Counted from the stretch's first letter, positions 28,346-39,972 are shown. The stretch: 64,000 nucleotides of DNA from an uncultured Thermomicrobiales bacterium (GCA_902806325.1 CADCWE010000201.1:1030-65029); one strand, 5' to 3'. Program-made: numbers and translations. The notes: generated from the sequence alone by a model not told the origin.

Positions 28346-29386
28346 ATGTCCCAAGAAGCCCAGCTCGACCCGGCCCCGAACCCGATCGGCGGCATCCGCG
28401 CCACCGGCACCCCCGGCGCGGTCGCCCCGGCGGCGCCGCGCGTCGGCGACCGGGCGCCGGAATCGGGCAAGGACACGATCCGCGTCACCCGCAAGCAGCG
28501 CTCGCTGTGGAGCAACGCCTGGCGCCAGTTCCGCCGCCACAAGCTGGCGATGGCGGGAATGGTCGTCTTCCTCGGCCTGATCCTGATCACGGCGATCGGC
28601 CCGCTGGTCTACTCGCGGGCCGTCAACGACCCGTTCGCCTACGACACCGGCCAGAGCTTGAGTTGGACCCACCCGTTTGGCACCGACTCGGTCGGGCAGG
28701 ACATCCTGGCCCGGATCCTGTGGGGCGGGCGGGTCTCGCTCGCGGTCGGGATCTCCGCCGCCGCCTTCGCGATCGTCCTCGGAACCCTGATCGGCGCGGT
28801 GGCGGGGTTCTTCGGCGGCGCCGCCGACAGCATCCTGATGCGGCTGACCGATATGTTTCTCAGCCTGCCCAGCTTGCCGGTGCTGCTGCTGGTCAGCTTC
28901 TTGTTCAAACCGAGTTTCGAGAACTTCTTCGAGGACCGCTTCGACTCGCGCAACTTCGGCACCTTCACGTTGATCGTGCTGGTGATCTCCGTCCTCGCCT
29001 GGATGCCGACCGCCCGCCTGGTTCGGGCCAGCTTCTTGGCGACCAAGGAGAAGGAGTTCATCGAAGCGGCGCGCTCGATTGGCGCCACCCGTTCCTCGCT
29101 GATCTTCAAGCACATCCTGCCCAACGTGATGAGCCCGATCATCGTCGCCGCCACCCTCGGCGTCGGCGCCGCGATCATCTCCGAGTCGACCCTCTCCTTC
29201 CTCGGCCTCGGCTTCCCCTCGGATGTCCCGACCTGGGGCACGATGCTCTTCAACGCCAAGGACTACATCACCTTCACCCCGCACGAGGCGCTGGTGCCCG
29301 GCACGATGATTTTCCTCACCGTCCTCGGCATCAACTACGTCGGCGACGGCCTGCGGGACGCGCTCGACCCGCGCAAGACGCACTGA
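28346..29386 (+). CDS. Peptide/nickel ABC transporter permease (DppC/OppC type)
   Basis: 346 aa with an N-terminal extension. Motifs: HPFGTDSVGQDILARILWG and FIEAARSIGA. Confidence 0.92.
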   Translation: MSQEAQLDPAPNPIGGIRATGTPGAVAPAAPRVGDRAPESGKDTIRVTRKQRSLWSNAWRQFRRHKLAMAGMVVFLGLILITAIGPLVYSRAVNDPFAYDTGQSLSWTHPFGTDSVGQDILARILWGGRVSLAVGISAAAFAIVLGTLIGAVAGFFGGAADSILMRLTDMFLSLPSLPVLLLVSFLFKPSFENFFEDRFDSRNFGTFTLIVLVISVLAWMPTARLVRASFLATKEKEFIEAARSIGATRSSLIFKHILPNVMSPIIVAATLGVGAAIISESTLSFLGLGFPSDVPTWGTMLFNAKDYITFTPHEALVPGTMIFLTVLGINYVGDGLRDALDPRKTH

Positions 29387-29409
29387 CGAGGCGGCAGGCG
29401 GTAGGACGA

Positions 29410-29709
29410 GTGGAAAACTCTGGCGAGGTGGCCGGCGGGTTCGTCTGGAAGGACCACTCGCGGTACGCGGCGGTGCGGCCGGTGGCGACCGGCTGGCTGG
29501 TGCTTTGGGGCCGGTACGAGGACCAGGGGCGCACCAACCGGCTGGCCGGAAACCGGGTCTACGCCGATCTGGGGGGGGCGCGGCGGCGCTTGGCCGATTC
29601 CGTGCTGGAGCTGACGCGGCGCACGGAGGCGGTTGAGGAAGCGTTGGTCCTGTTCGACCGCTTCCCGTTCCCCAGTCACGCACCGGCGGTGTTCCCAGAC
29701 CCGCTGTAA
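29410..29709 (+). CDS. Possible small hypothetical protein
   Basis: GTG at 29410, 24 nt after the dppC-like stop. 99 codons with protein-like composition (VWKDHSRYAAV..WLVLWGRYEDQG..). No family recognised, and the ORF could be spurious. Confidence 0.3.
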   Translation: MENSGEVAGGFVWKDHSRYAAVRPVATGWLVLWGRYEDQGRTNRLAGNRVYADLGGARRRLADSVLELTRRTEAVEEALVLFDRFPFPSHAPAVFPDPL

Positions 29710-29730
29710 TCGGCATCAAGTTCCCCCCGG

Positions 29731-29818
29731 TCATGCGGAGTGAAGCATCGTCCGCCGCAGCAGCGTCGTTCGTTCGGGATCGCCGACGAACCAGATTCTT
29801 CGCCACCCCCAGAATGAC
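29731..29818. repeat. Palindromic repeat element, family 1, copy A (degenerate)
   Basis: Left arm tcatgcggagtgaagcatcgtc and right arm agattcttcgccacccccagaatgac are imperfect inverted copies of the family core GTCAT(G/T)CTGAGCGAAGCGAAGAATCTCC. Confidence 0.65.
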
Positions 29819-30133
29819 CGTGAGGAGAGCGGACCCGGCCTCATTTGATGCCGACCGGTGGCGATCCATCGCGCCCAGTTCACGACCATCTCCGTCGCCG
29901 ACTTTCGACGGTCGCCGCAAGAAGCCGCGCGCCGGTATCCGCCACGCCGGTGCGGGCGAGTGAATCCGTCGGCGCGCCAGCAGGCGGCGGTTGACGCACG
30001 ATCGCGTGGCCTCCATGATCGCGGTGGGCGGGCCGTCACCGTGGCGGCAACCGCACTCGGCTGACCCGCCGGCCGTCGCCTGGACCCTTTCGAGGCCCAA
30101 GGCGCGTCCGAGCGGTGGTCTGGAGGGTTTGCC

Positions 30134-31687
30134 ATGATCCCGACCGTTGCCGCCGCGGGGAGCACGATCCGGCGCTACCAGCGCGCCACGGACCACGCGG
30201 CGGACGGCCTCGACGCGCAATACGTCGGGAGCATGGACCCCGACATCCGGCCCCGGCCCGACAAGCGCTACCCGACCCTGCTCCCGATCCCGCTCCCGGG
30301 CGAGTTCGCGCCGTCGTCGGTTCGGGCGCTCGACGCCCTGGCGAACGACTCGGGCGACGGCGCGTCCGGGCAGGTCGTGCCGGACCTGGCGGCGGTCGCC
30401 CGGCTCTGCTTTTACACGGACGGGATCACCAGGCGGCTGCGGCGGGGCGGCCGGGAGTTCGCGTTCCGGGCGGCGCCCTGCACCGGCGCGCTCTACCACA
30501 CCGAGCTGTACCTCGTCTGCGGCGACCTCCCTGGTCTGGCAGCCGGCGTCTACCACTACGGCGTCCACGACCACGCGTTGCGTCAACTGCGCAGCGGAGA
30601 CTTCCGGGCGGCGCTCACCGAAGCGACCGGCGGCGAGGCGGCGGTGGCTCAGGCGCCGCTCGTCTTGGTGACCACCAGCGTCTTTTGGCGCAATGCCTGG
30701 AAGTACGCCAACCGGGCCTACCGCCACACCTACTGGGACACCGGGACGATGCTGCCCAACACCCTCGCCGTCGCCGCCGCGCACGGCATTCCGGCCCGCC
30801 TCGTCCTCGCCTTCGCCGATCGGGCGGTGGCGGACCTGATCGGGGTGGATTTGGACGGCGAGGGCGTGATCTCCCTCGTCGCGCTCGGCCGGGTCGGCGC
30901 CACGCCGCCCCCGGCACCGCCGATCGCCCCGCTCGATCCGCCGACGGACCCGTACTCGGTGCGGGAGAACGACTACCCGCTGATCCGCGAGACCCACCGG
31001 GCAACGCTCCTTTCGACCGGAGCCGAGGCCGCCGCCTGGCGATCGGTTGCGCCCGCCGTCGCCCGGCCAATACCGATCGGGTCGCCAATCGCGCTGCCCC
31101 CGAGCGACCCGGCCGCGCTTCCGCCCGACCCGATCGAGACCGTCATCCTGCGGCGCGGCTCCAGTCGCCGCTTCGCACGCGACCCGATCGACCTCGGCCA
31201 GCTCTCCATCCTGCTCGACCGGACGACGAGCGGCTTCCCGTCAGACGCCCTCGGCTCGGACGGTGTTCCGTTCAACAACCTCTATCTGCTGGCCAACGCC
31301 GTCGACGGCCTGCCGCCCGGCGCCTACGTCTACCGCCGCGAGCATCACGCCCTGGAACCGATCCGGCAGATGCCGGAGGCCGCGGCCCGCCAGCGGGCGC
31401 ACCACCTGGCCTGGGATCAGGACCTCGGCGGCGACGCCGCGGTCAACGTCTACTTCTTGGCAGACCTCGACCCGATCCTGGCGGCGCACGGGGAGCGGGG
31501 GTACCGGCTGGCCCAGCTCGGGGCCGCGCTCGTCGCCGGCCGGATGTACCTGGCCGCCTATGCCCTCGGCCTCGGCGCCACCGGCCTGACGTTCTTGGAC
31601 GACGAGACGGTCGGCTTCTTTTCGCCGCGCGCCGCGGCATCCATCGTGACGTTCCTGATCGCCGCCGGACACCCGGCCACGTCGTGA
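30134..31687 (+). CDS. SagB/ThcOx-family (nitroreductase-fold) dehydrogenase, two-domain form
   Basis: 517 aa. FRAAPCTGALYHTELYLVCGDLPGLAAGVYHYGVHDHAL (SagB-type signature). The second half has nitroreductase-like RRGSSRRF and LGATGLTFLDDE. Confidence 0.8.
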   Translation: MIPTVAAAGSTIRRYQRATDHAADGLDAQYVGSMDPDIRPRPDKRYPTLLPIPLPGEFAPSSVRALDALANDSGDGASGQVVPDLAAVARLCFYTDGITRRLRRGGREFAFRAAPCTGALYHTELYLVCGDLPGLAAGVYHYGVHDHALRQLRSGDFRAALTEATGGEAAVAQAPLVLVTTSVFWRNAWKYANRAYRHTYWDTGTMLPNTLAVAAAHGIPARLVLAFADRAVADLIGVDLDGEGVISLVALGRVGATPPPAPPIAPLDPPTDPYSVRENDYPLIRETHRATLLSTGAEAAAWRSVAPAVARPIPIGSPIALPPSDPAALPPDPIETVILRRGSSRRFARDPIDLGQLSILLDRTTSGFPSDALGSDGVPFNNLYLLANAVDGLPPGAYVYRREHHALEPIRQMPEAAARQRAHHLAWDQDLGGDAAVNVYFLADLDPILAAHGERGYRLAQLGAALVAGRMYLAAYALGLGATGLTFLDDETVGFFSPRAAASIVTFLIAAGHPATS

Positions 31688-31715
31688 GCGGCCGTGCCGA
31701 CCGGGGAACGTGCTC

Positions 31716-33695
<1,980 letters not shown>

Positions 33696-33914
33696 GCGGC
33701 GGCTCCTCCACGACGGGCGACGGCGGGCGGGGTCGCCGAGACTGGCGCAGGATAGCCGAGGACGCAACGCCGCGTACCGAATCGAGTTCCGGACGGCTCC
33801 CCGATCCGATCGACGGCGCAGAACCGCCGGTCGGCGGGGCAGCGCCGCTTTCCCGCCCCCCCGTCTCGTGGTCTCAACGGCGGCGACGACCGAGGACCGA
33901 TGGAATGGGGGAAC

Positions 33915-34244
33915 ATGGCAGGCACGAAACCGGTGCCGAAAACACACCGGGTTCTCCGAGCGCTGGAGCGAGCAGGGTTTCGGCGCGAGCCCCAAGCGGG
34001 GAGCCACTTCAAGCTCCGCCGCGCCGGCCGCATTGCCATCGTGCCCGATCACGGCGGCAAGGACATGCCAACCGGCACGCTTCGCAGTATCCTCAATCAA
34101 GCGGGACCGACCGCCGCCGATTCCCGAAACCCGTTGGGAGCTGGAAGTGGAGCACGCGTCGAAGCGAGCCAGCGAGGCAATCGGGCCGTACTCGTCCGGC
34201 GCGGACGAGGCGAGGCCAGCGTCGACGCCGCGAAGATCGCCTGA
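33915..34244 (+). CDS. hicA: HicA-family toxin (orphan)
   Basis: [51 protein letters not shown] is the HicA (YcfA) pattern. The recognisable domain ends near 34140 and the ORF then runs on to 34244. An alternative ATG lies at 33900. Confidence 0.65.
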   Translation: MAGTKPVPKTHRVLRALERAGFRREPQAGSHFKLRRAGRIAIVPDHGGKDMPTGTLRSILNQAGPTAADSRNPLGAGSGARVEASQRGNRAVLVRRGRGEASVDAAKIA

Positions 34245-34269
34245 GCATTCGTTGAGGAGCGGTGATTCA

Positions 34270-36507
34270 TTGGCTATCGCCCCGCCACCCGCCGCCGCAG
34301 CCGCCGCCGATGCCCTCGTGGACCATCCCCACGCCGGCCACGGCCAGGTGCCGCGCCCGTTCGGGGAGCGCTACGACCGCGCGTTGGCGAACCCCCGGCT
34401 GGCCCGGAATCTGACCACCTTCCAACGGGCCTGGCGCGGGGCGCGGGATGGGGTGGTCGCGGAGGTCGATTTCCCGGCACTTCGCGCCGCCCTAAAGGAA
34501 GCCAAAACCGCCGTCACCGACGACCTGGACGGATACTTGGACCGGTTCCAGGCCGAGGCCGAGCGGGCCGGGGCGACGGTCCACCACGCCGCCGACGCGG
34601 AGGCGGCGAACCGGATCGTGCGGGAGCTGGCGGAGCGCCACGGCGTCCGGGTGGTGGCGAAGTCGAAGTCCATGGTCACCGAGGAGATCGATCTCAACCA
34701 CGTCTTCGCCGACGCGGGGATCGAGGTGGTCGAGACCGACCTCGGGGAGTGGATCGTCCAGCTCCGGGCGGAACGGCCGAGCCACATGGTGATGCCCGCC
34801 GTCCACCTGGCGCGCCAAGACGTGGGCGAGATCTTTTCCCAGGCGTTGGGGCGGGAGGTCAGTCGGGACGACATCGGGGAGCAGGTGCGGGTCGCGCGGG
34901 ACGAGCTGCGGAAGGTGTTTTTCGCCGCCGGGATGGGAATCACCGGCGCCAACGCCCTGATCGCCGAGGGCGGCACGGTGATGATGTGCACCAACGAGGG
35001 CAACGGACGCCTCTGCTCCTCGTTGCCGCGGGTCCACGTCGTGATGGCCGGGATCGAAAAACTCGTTCCCACCTTCGCCGACGCGATGGTCCAGCTCCGC
35101 CTCCTCGCCCGCTCCGGCACCGCCCAGCGGATCACGTCCTACACCACCTTCATCACCGGCCCGACGCCGGGGCACGATCTGCACGTCGTCCTGGTCGACA
35201 ACGGGCGCCGGGCGATGCACGCGACGCCGGAGTTTCGCGAGGCGCTGCACTGCATCCGCTGCGCCGCCTGTGCCAACGTCTGCCCGCCCTACCGCGAGGT
35301 CGGCGGCCACGTCTTCGGCCACATCTACACCGGCGCCATCGGCCTGGTGGTGACGCCGTTCCACCACGGCTTGGAGGCCGGGGCAAAACCCCAGAGCCTT
35401 TGCCTCTCCTGCAACGCCTGCGAGACGGTCTGCCCGGTCGGCATCCCGCTGCCCCGCCAGATCCTCGACGTGCGGCGGATGGTCGTCGAGGCCAAGGGGC
35501 TGCCGCGGGTCAAACGCGCCGTCCTCGGCGCCTACGCCCGGCCGCGCGTCGCCGGAGGGCTGTTCCGGATCGGCCGTCGCGCCCAACTGCCCTTGACGCG
35601 CGGCACGCGGTTCGTCCGCACCCGGGCCGTGCCGCCGTTGCGGGCGCAAACCCGCTGGCGTTCCCTGCCCGCCATCGCCCGCCGCCCACTGCGGGACCGG
35701 TTGGAAGCGGGGACCGTGCTCGCCGCGTTCCCGCCGGTGGTCCCGAACGGCGCCGCCGGTACGACGGTCGCCCTTTTTCCCGGCTGCATGACGGACCGGC
35801 TCTATCCGGAGCAAGGCGAGGCGGTGGTCGCGGTGCTGCGCGGCCTGGGGGCGCGGGTCGTCCTGCCGGCCGGGCTGCACTGCTGCGGTCTCCCGGCCAA
35901 CAACTCCGGCGATGCCCCGCACGCCCGCCGGATGGCCCGCCAGACCATCTGCGCTCTGGAAGCCGTCCGCTCCGATTATGTCGTGTCCGGCAGCGCCAGT
36001 TGCGTCGCCACCCTGACCCAGGATTACGCCCACCTGTTTCGGGACGATCCGGCCTGGCTCGCCCGCGCCGAACGCCTCGCGGCGCGTGTTCTCGACTTCA
36101 CCTCGTTCCTCGACCGCGTCGCCCACCTTCCGGCCGGCAGCCTGGCCGGTCCCGGTTCGCCGGTCCTGACCTACCACGACTCCTGCCAGGGTCTGAACGC
36201 CCTCGGCCTGAAGGACGAACCGCGCCGCCTCCTGCGCGATGTCCTCGGCTGCGACCTCCGCGAACTCCCCGAAAACACCCTCTGCTGCGGTTTCGGCGGC
36301 TCGTTCTCCTTCGAGTACCCGGCGGTCGCCGAGCGCCTGATGAACCGCAAACTCGACCACGCCGAATCCACCGGCGCCCCCCTCCTCGTCTCCGACAACC
36401 AAGGCTGCCTGATGCACCTCCGAGGCGGCTGCGACGCCGCCGGTCGGCCGCTGCGGGTGGCGCACCTGGCGGAGGTGGTGGCGGAGCGGATGCGCGCGCT
36501 GGGGTGA
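34270..36507 (+). CDS. Fused LutB-like (LUD domain + 2x4Fe-4S) / LutA-like (CCG-domain Fe-S oxidoreductase) protein
   Basis: N-terminal half: [50 protein letters not shown]-terminal half: two cysteine-rich CCG repeats ([13 protein letters not shown]; [14 protein letters not shown]). The start is uncertain: TTG at 34270 or GTG at 34318. Confidence 0.85.
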   Translation: MAIAPPPAAAAAADALVDHPHAGHGQVPRPFGERYDRALANPRLARNLTTFQRAWRGARDGVVAEVDFPALRAALKEAKTAVTDDLDGYLDRFQAEAERAGATVHHAADAEAANRIVRELAERHGVRVVAKSKSMVTEEIDLNHVFADAGIEVVETDLGEWIVQLRAERPSHMVMPAVHLARQDVGEIFSQALGREVSRDDIGEQVRVARDELRKVFFAAGMGITGANALIAEGGTVMMCTNEGNGRLCSSLPRVHVVMAGIEKLVPTFADAMVQLRLLARSGTAQRITSYTTFITGPTPGHDLHVVLVDNGRRAMHATPEFREALHCIRCAACANVCPPYREVGGHVFGHIYTGAIGLVVTPFHHGLEAGAKPQSLCLSCNACETVCPVGIPLPRQILDVRRMVVEAKGLPRVKRAVLGAYARPRVAGGLFRIGRRAQLPLTRGTRFVRTRAVPPLRAQTRWRSLPAIARRPLRDRLEAGTVLAAFPPVVPNGAAGTTVALFPGCMTDRLYPEQGEAVVAVLRGLGARVVLPAGLHCCGLPANNSGDAPHARRMARQTICALEAVRSDYVVSGSASCVATLTQDYAHLFRDDPAWLARAERLAARVLDFTSFLDRVAHLPAGSLAGPGSPVLTYHDSCQGLNALGLKDEPRRLLRDVLGCDLRELPENTLCCGFGGSFSFEYPAVAERLMNRKLDHAESTGAPLLVSDNQGCLMHLRGGCDAAGRPLRVAHLAEVVAERMRALG

Positions 36508-36509
36508 GG

Positions 36510-36540
36510 CCGTGCCGAGACGATCGGCACGGTCGTCTTA
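36510..36540 (+). terminator. Stem-loop directly after the lutBA-like stop
   Basis: CCGTGCCGA-gacga-TCGGCACGG followed by tcgtctt. The T-tract is weak. Confidence 0.4.
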
Positions 36541-36560
36541 CGATCATGGCTCGCGGGGGT

Positions 36561-36919
36561 CCGGGGTTGACGGCCCGGTCTGAACTCACGAAGTCCCTCC
36601 GGGACTGAACCCGGCCACCATTGGCGGTCGAACGCACCGGGCGACTGCACGACAATTGACGGTCGAGGACGTTATCGACTGTTTGGGACGGAACCGGTCC
36701 AGCCGGTCTTGAGCCAGCATTCTCCGACTGGCGCGCGGGTGCCCTCTGGGCGATTGAGCCCCGCATCGGAACGGCGTGCGGAATCTCCCACGATTCCTCA
36801 ACCTCCAACGGGCGCGGGCCTCCTTGGCTCCTACGGCGCTCTCCGGAGACCCCGCGAGCCTCCGTCCGTGCGTAGTCCCGGAGGGACTTTGCAGGTTCAG
36901 ACCGGGCCTTCGGCCCCGG
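36561..36919. repeat. About 360-bp element closed by a 35-46 bp imperfect inverted repeat (MITE-like or structured RNA)
   Basis: 36572-36606 ggcccggtctgaacTCACGaagtccctccgggact pairs with 36874-36908 agtcccggagggacttTGCAGgttcagaccgggcc (30 of 35 positions). The pairing extends through ccgggg/ccccgg in the flanks. Each arm also contains the mini-palindrome AGTCCC...GGGACT. Confidence 0.6.
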
Positions 36920-37019
36920 TCGTTCGGCGCGACGGCCGGACGGAGAACGGCGTTCCTGAGGGCGTCTAAGACCCGCAACACGGATATGGAACTCGCTCGG
37001 CGGGCGGACACGGGTGCCC

Positions 37020-37047
37020 TTGACAAGCCCAAATTGATACGTATCAT
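37020..37047 (+). promoter_or_regulatory. Sigma-70-type promoter candidate for the LacI-family gene/operon
   Basis: TTGACA (37020-37025), a 16-nt spacer, then TATCAT (37042-37047). GGAGGT SD at 37068 and ATG at 37078. Confidence 0.5.
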
Positions 37048-37077
37048 GCGGCCGTCGACCGGTCTGCGGAGGTATGG

Positions 37078-38106
37078 ATGGACGACGCGCCCGCTCGCCC
37101 CAAGAAGCGACCGACGCAGCTCGACGTGGCGCGGCTGGCCGCGGTCTCGCAGCCGGTCGTCTCCTACGTCCTCAATCGCGACGCGATCGCTCCGGTGGCG
37201 CCGGAGACCCGGCGGCGGGTGATCGCCGCGATCGAGCAGCTCGGCTACGTGCCGGACCAGGCGGCTCGCACGCTCCGCACCCGAAAAACCTTCACCATCG
37301 CCGGCATCATCCCCGACATCACCAACCCCTTCTACCCCGCCTTCGAGCGCGGCGTCCAGGACGTGGCGTCGAGCCACGGCTACGACCTGATCGTCTACAA
37401 CACCGACGGCGACGCGGAAAAGGAAGCCCGCTTCCAGCGCGCGGTCCAGGGTCGGGTCGATGGGGTAATCGGGGTCTTTTTCCACCTGACCGCGACCGAA
37501 CTGCGCCCGCTCTTGGAGCGACGCGTCGCGGTCGTCCGGCTCGAGGCGGCCCCCCAAGAGATCGGCCCCCTGCCGCTCGACAACCTCTACGTCGACAACG
37601 TCGCCGCGGCCCGCGAGGCCGTCGCCTTCCTGATCGGGCGCGGCCACCGGCGGATCGCGATGATCGCCGGGCGTGGTGGACCTCGCCAGCCGAGGGTCCG
37701 CGGCTATCGCGACGCGTTGGCGGCGCACGGCATCGGGTTCGACCCGCGGCTGCTGCGCGAGACGGAGTTCGTCGAGGGCGGCGGCTACGAAGCGATGCGC
37801 GAACTCCTCAGCGATCATTCCCGCCCCTCGGCGGTCTTCGCGGCCAACGATCTGCTGGCGATGGGGGCGCTCGTCGCGCTGCGCGAAGCGGGGCTGCGGG
37901 TCCCGGCCGACGTCGCCGTCGTCGGGTTCGACGACATCCCGGCCGCCCGCCTGGTCAGCCCGTCGCTGACGACGGTCGCCCAATTCCCTCAACAACTCGG
38001 TCGGCGCGCCGCCGAACTGCTCTTCTCCCGTCTCGATGGCACGGCCCCCGAGGGCGGGCGTTGCGAGGAGCGCCCCTACGAACTCGTCGTCCGCGAGTCG
38101 GCCTGA
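37078..38106 (+). CDS. LacI-family transcriptional regulator
   Basis: N-terminal [25 protein letters not shown], followed by a periplasmic-binding-fold effector domain ([20 protein letters not shown]). Confidence 0.92.
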   Translation: MDDAPARPKKRPTQLDVARLAAVSQPVVSYVLNRDAIAPVAPETRRRVIAAIEQLGYVPDQAARTLRTRKTFTIAGIIPDITNPFYPAFERGVQDVASSHGYDLIVYNTDGDAEKEARFQRAVQGRVDGVIGVFFHLTATELRPLLERRVAVVRLEAAPQEIGPLPLDNLYVDNVAAAREAVAFLIGRGHRRIAMIAGRGGPRQPRVRGYRDALAAHGIGFDPRLLRETEFVEGGGYEAMRELLSDHSRPSAVFAANDLLAMGALVALREAGLRVPADVAVVGFDDIPAARLVSPSLTTVAQFPQQLGRRAAELLFSRLDGTAPEGGRCEERPYELVVRESA

Positions 38107-38284
38107 GCGCGACGCGCGGAGACGATGCTCCTGCCGGCGCCACCCGGAAAGCGAGGTGCAACGGACCAGATCGCTCCGCTCGATCGCGCGTGACGACGAA
38201 CGTCATCGCGCTGCGTCACCCGGCGTCGCGCGCCGGGTCGCCCCGCGACGGCGTGGGTGGAACACCAAGGAGGCGAACGAGGTG

Positions 38285-39637
38285 ATGGCGAACCGCTCGA
38301 GGTCCCAACGGCTGACGATCGTTCTCGCGCTGGCGCTGCTGGTGCCGATGGTCGCGGTCGGGCGCGGCTCGGCGCCGACCGAGGCCCAGGACAAGGCGAC
38401 GATCAGCCTCTGGCTCGATTCCACCAGCGGCTCGGAGACCGCCGAATGCCGGATCGCGGCGGCGGTCGATCCGTTCAACGAACAAAGCGACACGGTCGTC
38501 GTCGAGCCGCGCCTGCAGCCGAACCGCTGGCAGGCGACCCAGACCGCGCTCGCCGGCGGCGAAGGGCCGGACGTGGTCTACACCCCCGGACCGGCGTTCG
38601 CGGTCCAGGTGACCGAGGCCGGCCAATTGCTGCCGCTCGACGACTACGCCGCCCAGTACGGCTGGAACGAGCGATTCGCCCCCTGGGCGATGGACCTGGG
38701 CAAGGTCGACGGCACTCTCTACAGCATCCCGAACCAGGTCGAGACGCTGGCCCTCTTCTACAACAAGACGCTGTTCGAGGAGAACGGCTGGGAGCCGCCG
38801 ACGACCATCGACGAGCTGACGGCCCTGGCCGAGGAGATCGCCGCGGCCGACATCATCCCGTTCGCCCATTCCAATCAGGAGTTCCGCGACGCCAACGAGT
38901 GGTTCGTCGGCGAGTATCTCAACCACGTCGCCGGACCGGACAAGGTCTACGAGGCCCTGACCGGCGCGGCGAAATGGACCGACCCCGAGTTCGTCGACGC
39001 GATCACCAAGCTCAACGAGGCCCAACAGAACGACTGGTTCATGGGCGGGGTCGATCGCTACTACACGACGACCTTCGCCGACGCCAACGCCGCCCTGGCC
39101 GCCGGCGAGGCGGCGATGAAGATCGAGGGCTCGTGGACCGTCGCCGACCTCAACACCTTCTTCGGCGAGGAAGGCAGCGAGTGGGGCTGGGTGCCGATGC
39201 CGTCGACCACCGGCGATGCGATCTACGACCTGGGCATCGGGTCGACGGTCTCGATCAACAAGAACGCCGAGAACCCCGACGCCGCGGCCGAGTTCATCGA
39301 TTACCTGTTCACCTCGGAGACCCAAGCCCGGCTCGTCGTCGAATGCGGCGACTCGCCGGCCTCGGTGCCCCTGGAAGAAAACGCCCTGGAAGGCGTCGAT
39401 CCGCAGTACGCCGAGATCCTGGTCGCCCAGAACGAAGCCTCGGCGGCCGGCAACTACGGCTACACGACCTGGACCTTTTTCCCGGCGGCGACCCGCACCT
39501 ACTTCTTCGAGGAGATCGAGAAGGTTTGGAGCGGCGACCTAACGGTCGAGGAGTATCTCCAGGGGGTGCAGGAAACCTTCGACCAGGAGGTGGCGGAAGG
39601 CGTCGTGCCCCCGATCCCGGATCGGTCGGTGACCTAA
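38285..39637 (+). CDS. Carbohydrate-type ABC transporter substrate-binding protein (family 1)
   Basis: AAGGAGG SD. Signal peptide RLTIVLALALLVPMVAVG. Family-1 SBP pattern (ISLWLDS.., DVVYTP, LYSIPNQVETLALFYNK, IEGSW). Confidence 0.9.
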   Translation: MANRSRSQRLTIVLALALLVPMVAVGRGSAPTEAQDKATISLWLDSTSGSETAECRIAAAVDPFNEQSDTVVVEPRLQPNRWQATQTALAGGEGPDVVYTPGPAFAVQVTEAGQLLPLDDYAAQYGWNERFAPWAMDLGKVDGTLYSIPNQVETLALFYNKTLFEENGWEPPTTIDELTALAEEIAAADIIPFAHSNQEFRDANEWFVGEYLNHVAGPDKVYEALTGAAKWTDPEFVDAITKLNEAQQNDWFMGGVDRYYTTTFADANAALAAGEAAMKIEGSWTVADLNTFFGEEGSEWGWVPMPSTTGDAIYDLGIGSTVSINKNAENPDAAAEFIDYLFTSETQARLVVECGDSPASVPLEENALEGVDPQYAEILVAQNEASAAGNYGYTTWTFFPAATRTYFFEEIEKVWSGDLTVEEYLQGVQETFDQEVAEGVVPPIPDRSVT

Positions 39638-39774
39638 CCGAACGCGGCCGGTTGGTTCGTGGGTCGAGGGCTCACGGGTCGTCCGCTCGCCGGGGCACGG
39701 GATGCGCGCCGGTGCTCCGCGAGGCACCGCATGAACGGGCGTTCGGCGATCCGTCGGCCACCATCCCAGCCCGC

Positions 39775-39880
39775 GTCATGCTGAGCGAAGCGAAGAATCT
39801 CCTGCCAGAGCAGCGTTTTCCCTTGGGAGATGACGATGATACCGCCGCGGCGGGAGATTCTTCGCTTCGCTCAGCATGAC
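39775..39880. repeat. Palindromic repeat element, family 1, copy B (best copy)
   Basis: Perfect 28-bp inverted repeat: gtcatgctgagcgaagcgaagaatctcc (39775-39802) and ggagattcttcgcttcgctcagcatgac (39853-39880), with a 50-nt centre. Confidence 0.85.
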
Positions 39881-39972
39881 CCCTCCGCAAGGGGGCGTCT
39901 CCGGACGCCCCCACTCCATCGCCGTTCTCGGCCGACGTGGCGTCGTCCAACCGTTCGCGGGAGGGGAACGAG

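Noticed and set aside
28271-30997. 908-aa minus-strand ORF, and similar giants: 40590-43091, 43092-45617, 57741-59903, 5345-6679, 6502-7947 (minus strand); 19742-21865, 41792-44329, 17625-19085 (plus strand).
   Set aside because: They run antisense or out of frame to genes with clear family motifs. They are dominated by Arg/Gly/Pro/Ala/Asp with no recognisable domain. These are classic shadow ORFs of GC-rich DNA, where stop codons are rare.
29710-31687. A thiazole/oxazole-modified peptide (TOMM) cluster around the SagB-like gene.
   Set aside because: There is no YcaO/cyclodehydratase, docking protein, transporter or plausible precursor ORF within several kb. The 76-aa ORF at 29733-29963 is read across the repeat element.
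33868-34269. 5' part of the 879-aa track ORF as a real N-terminal domain of the LutB-like protein.
   Set aside because: It overlaps hicA in another frame, is Arg/Pro/Ser-rich, and LutB-type similarity starts only after about 34330.
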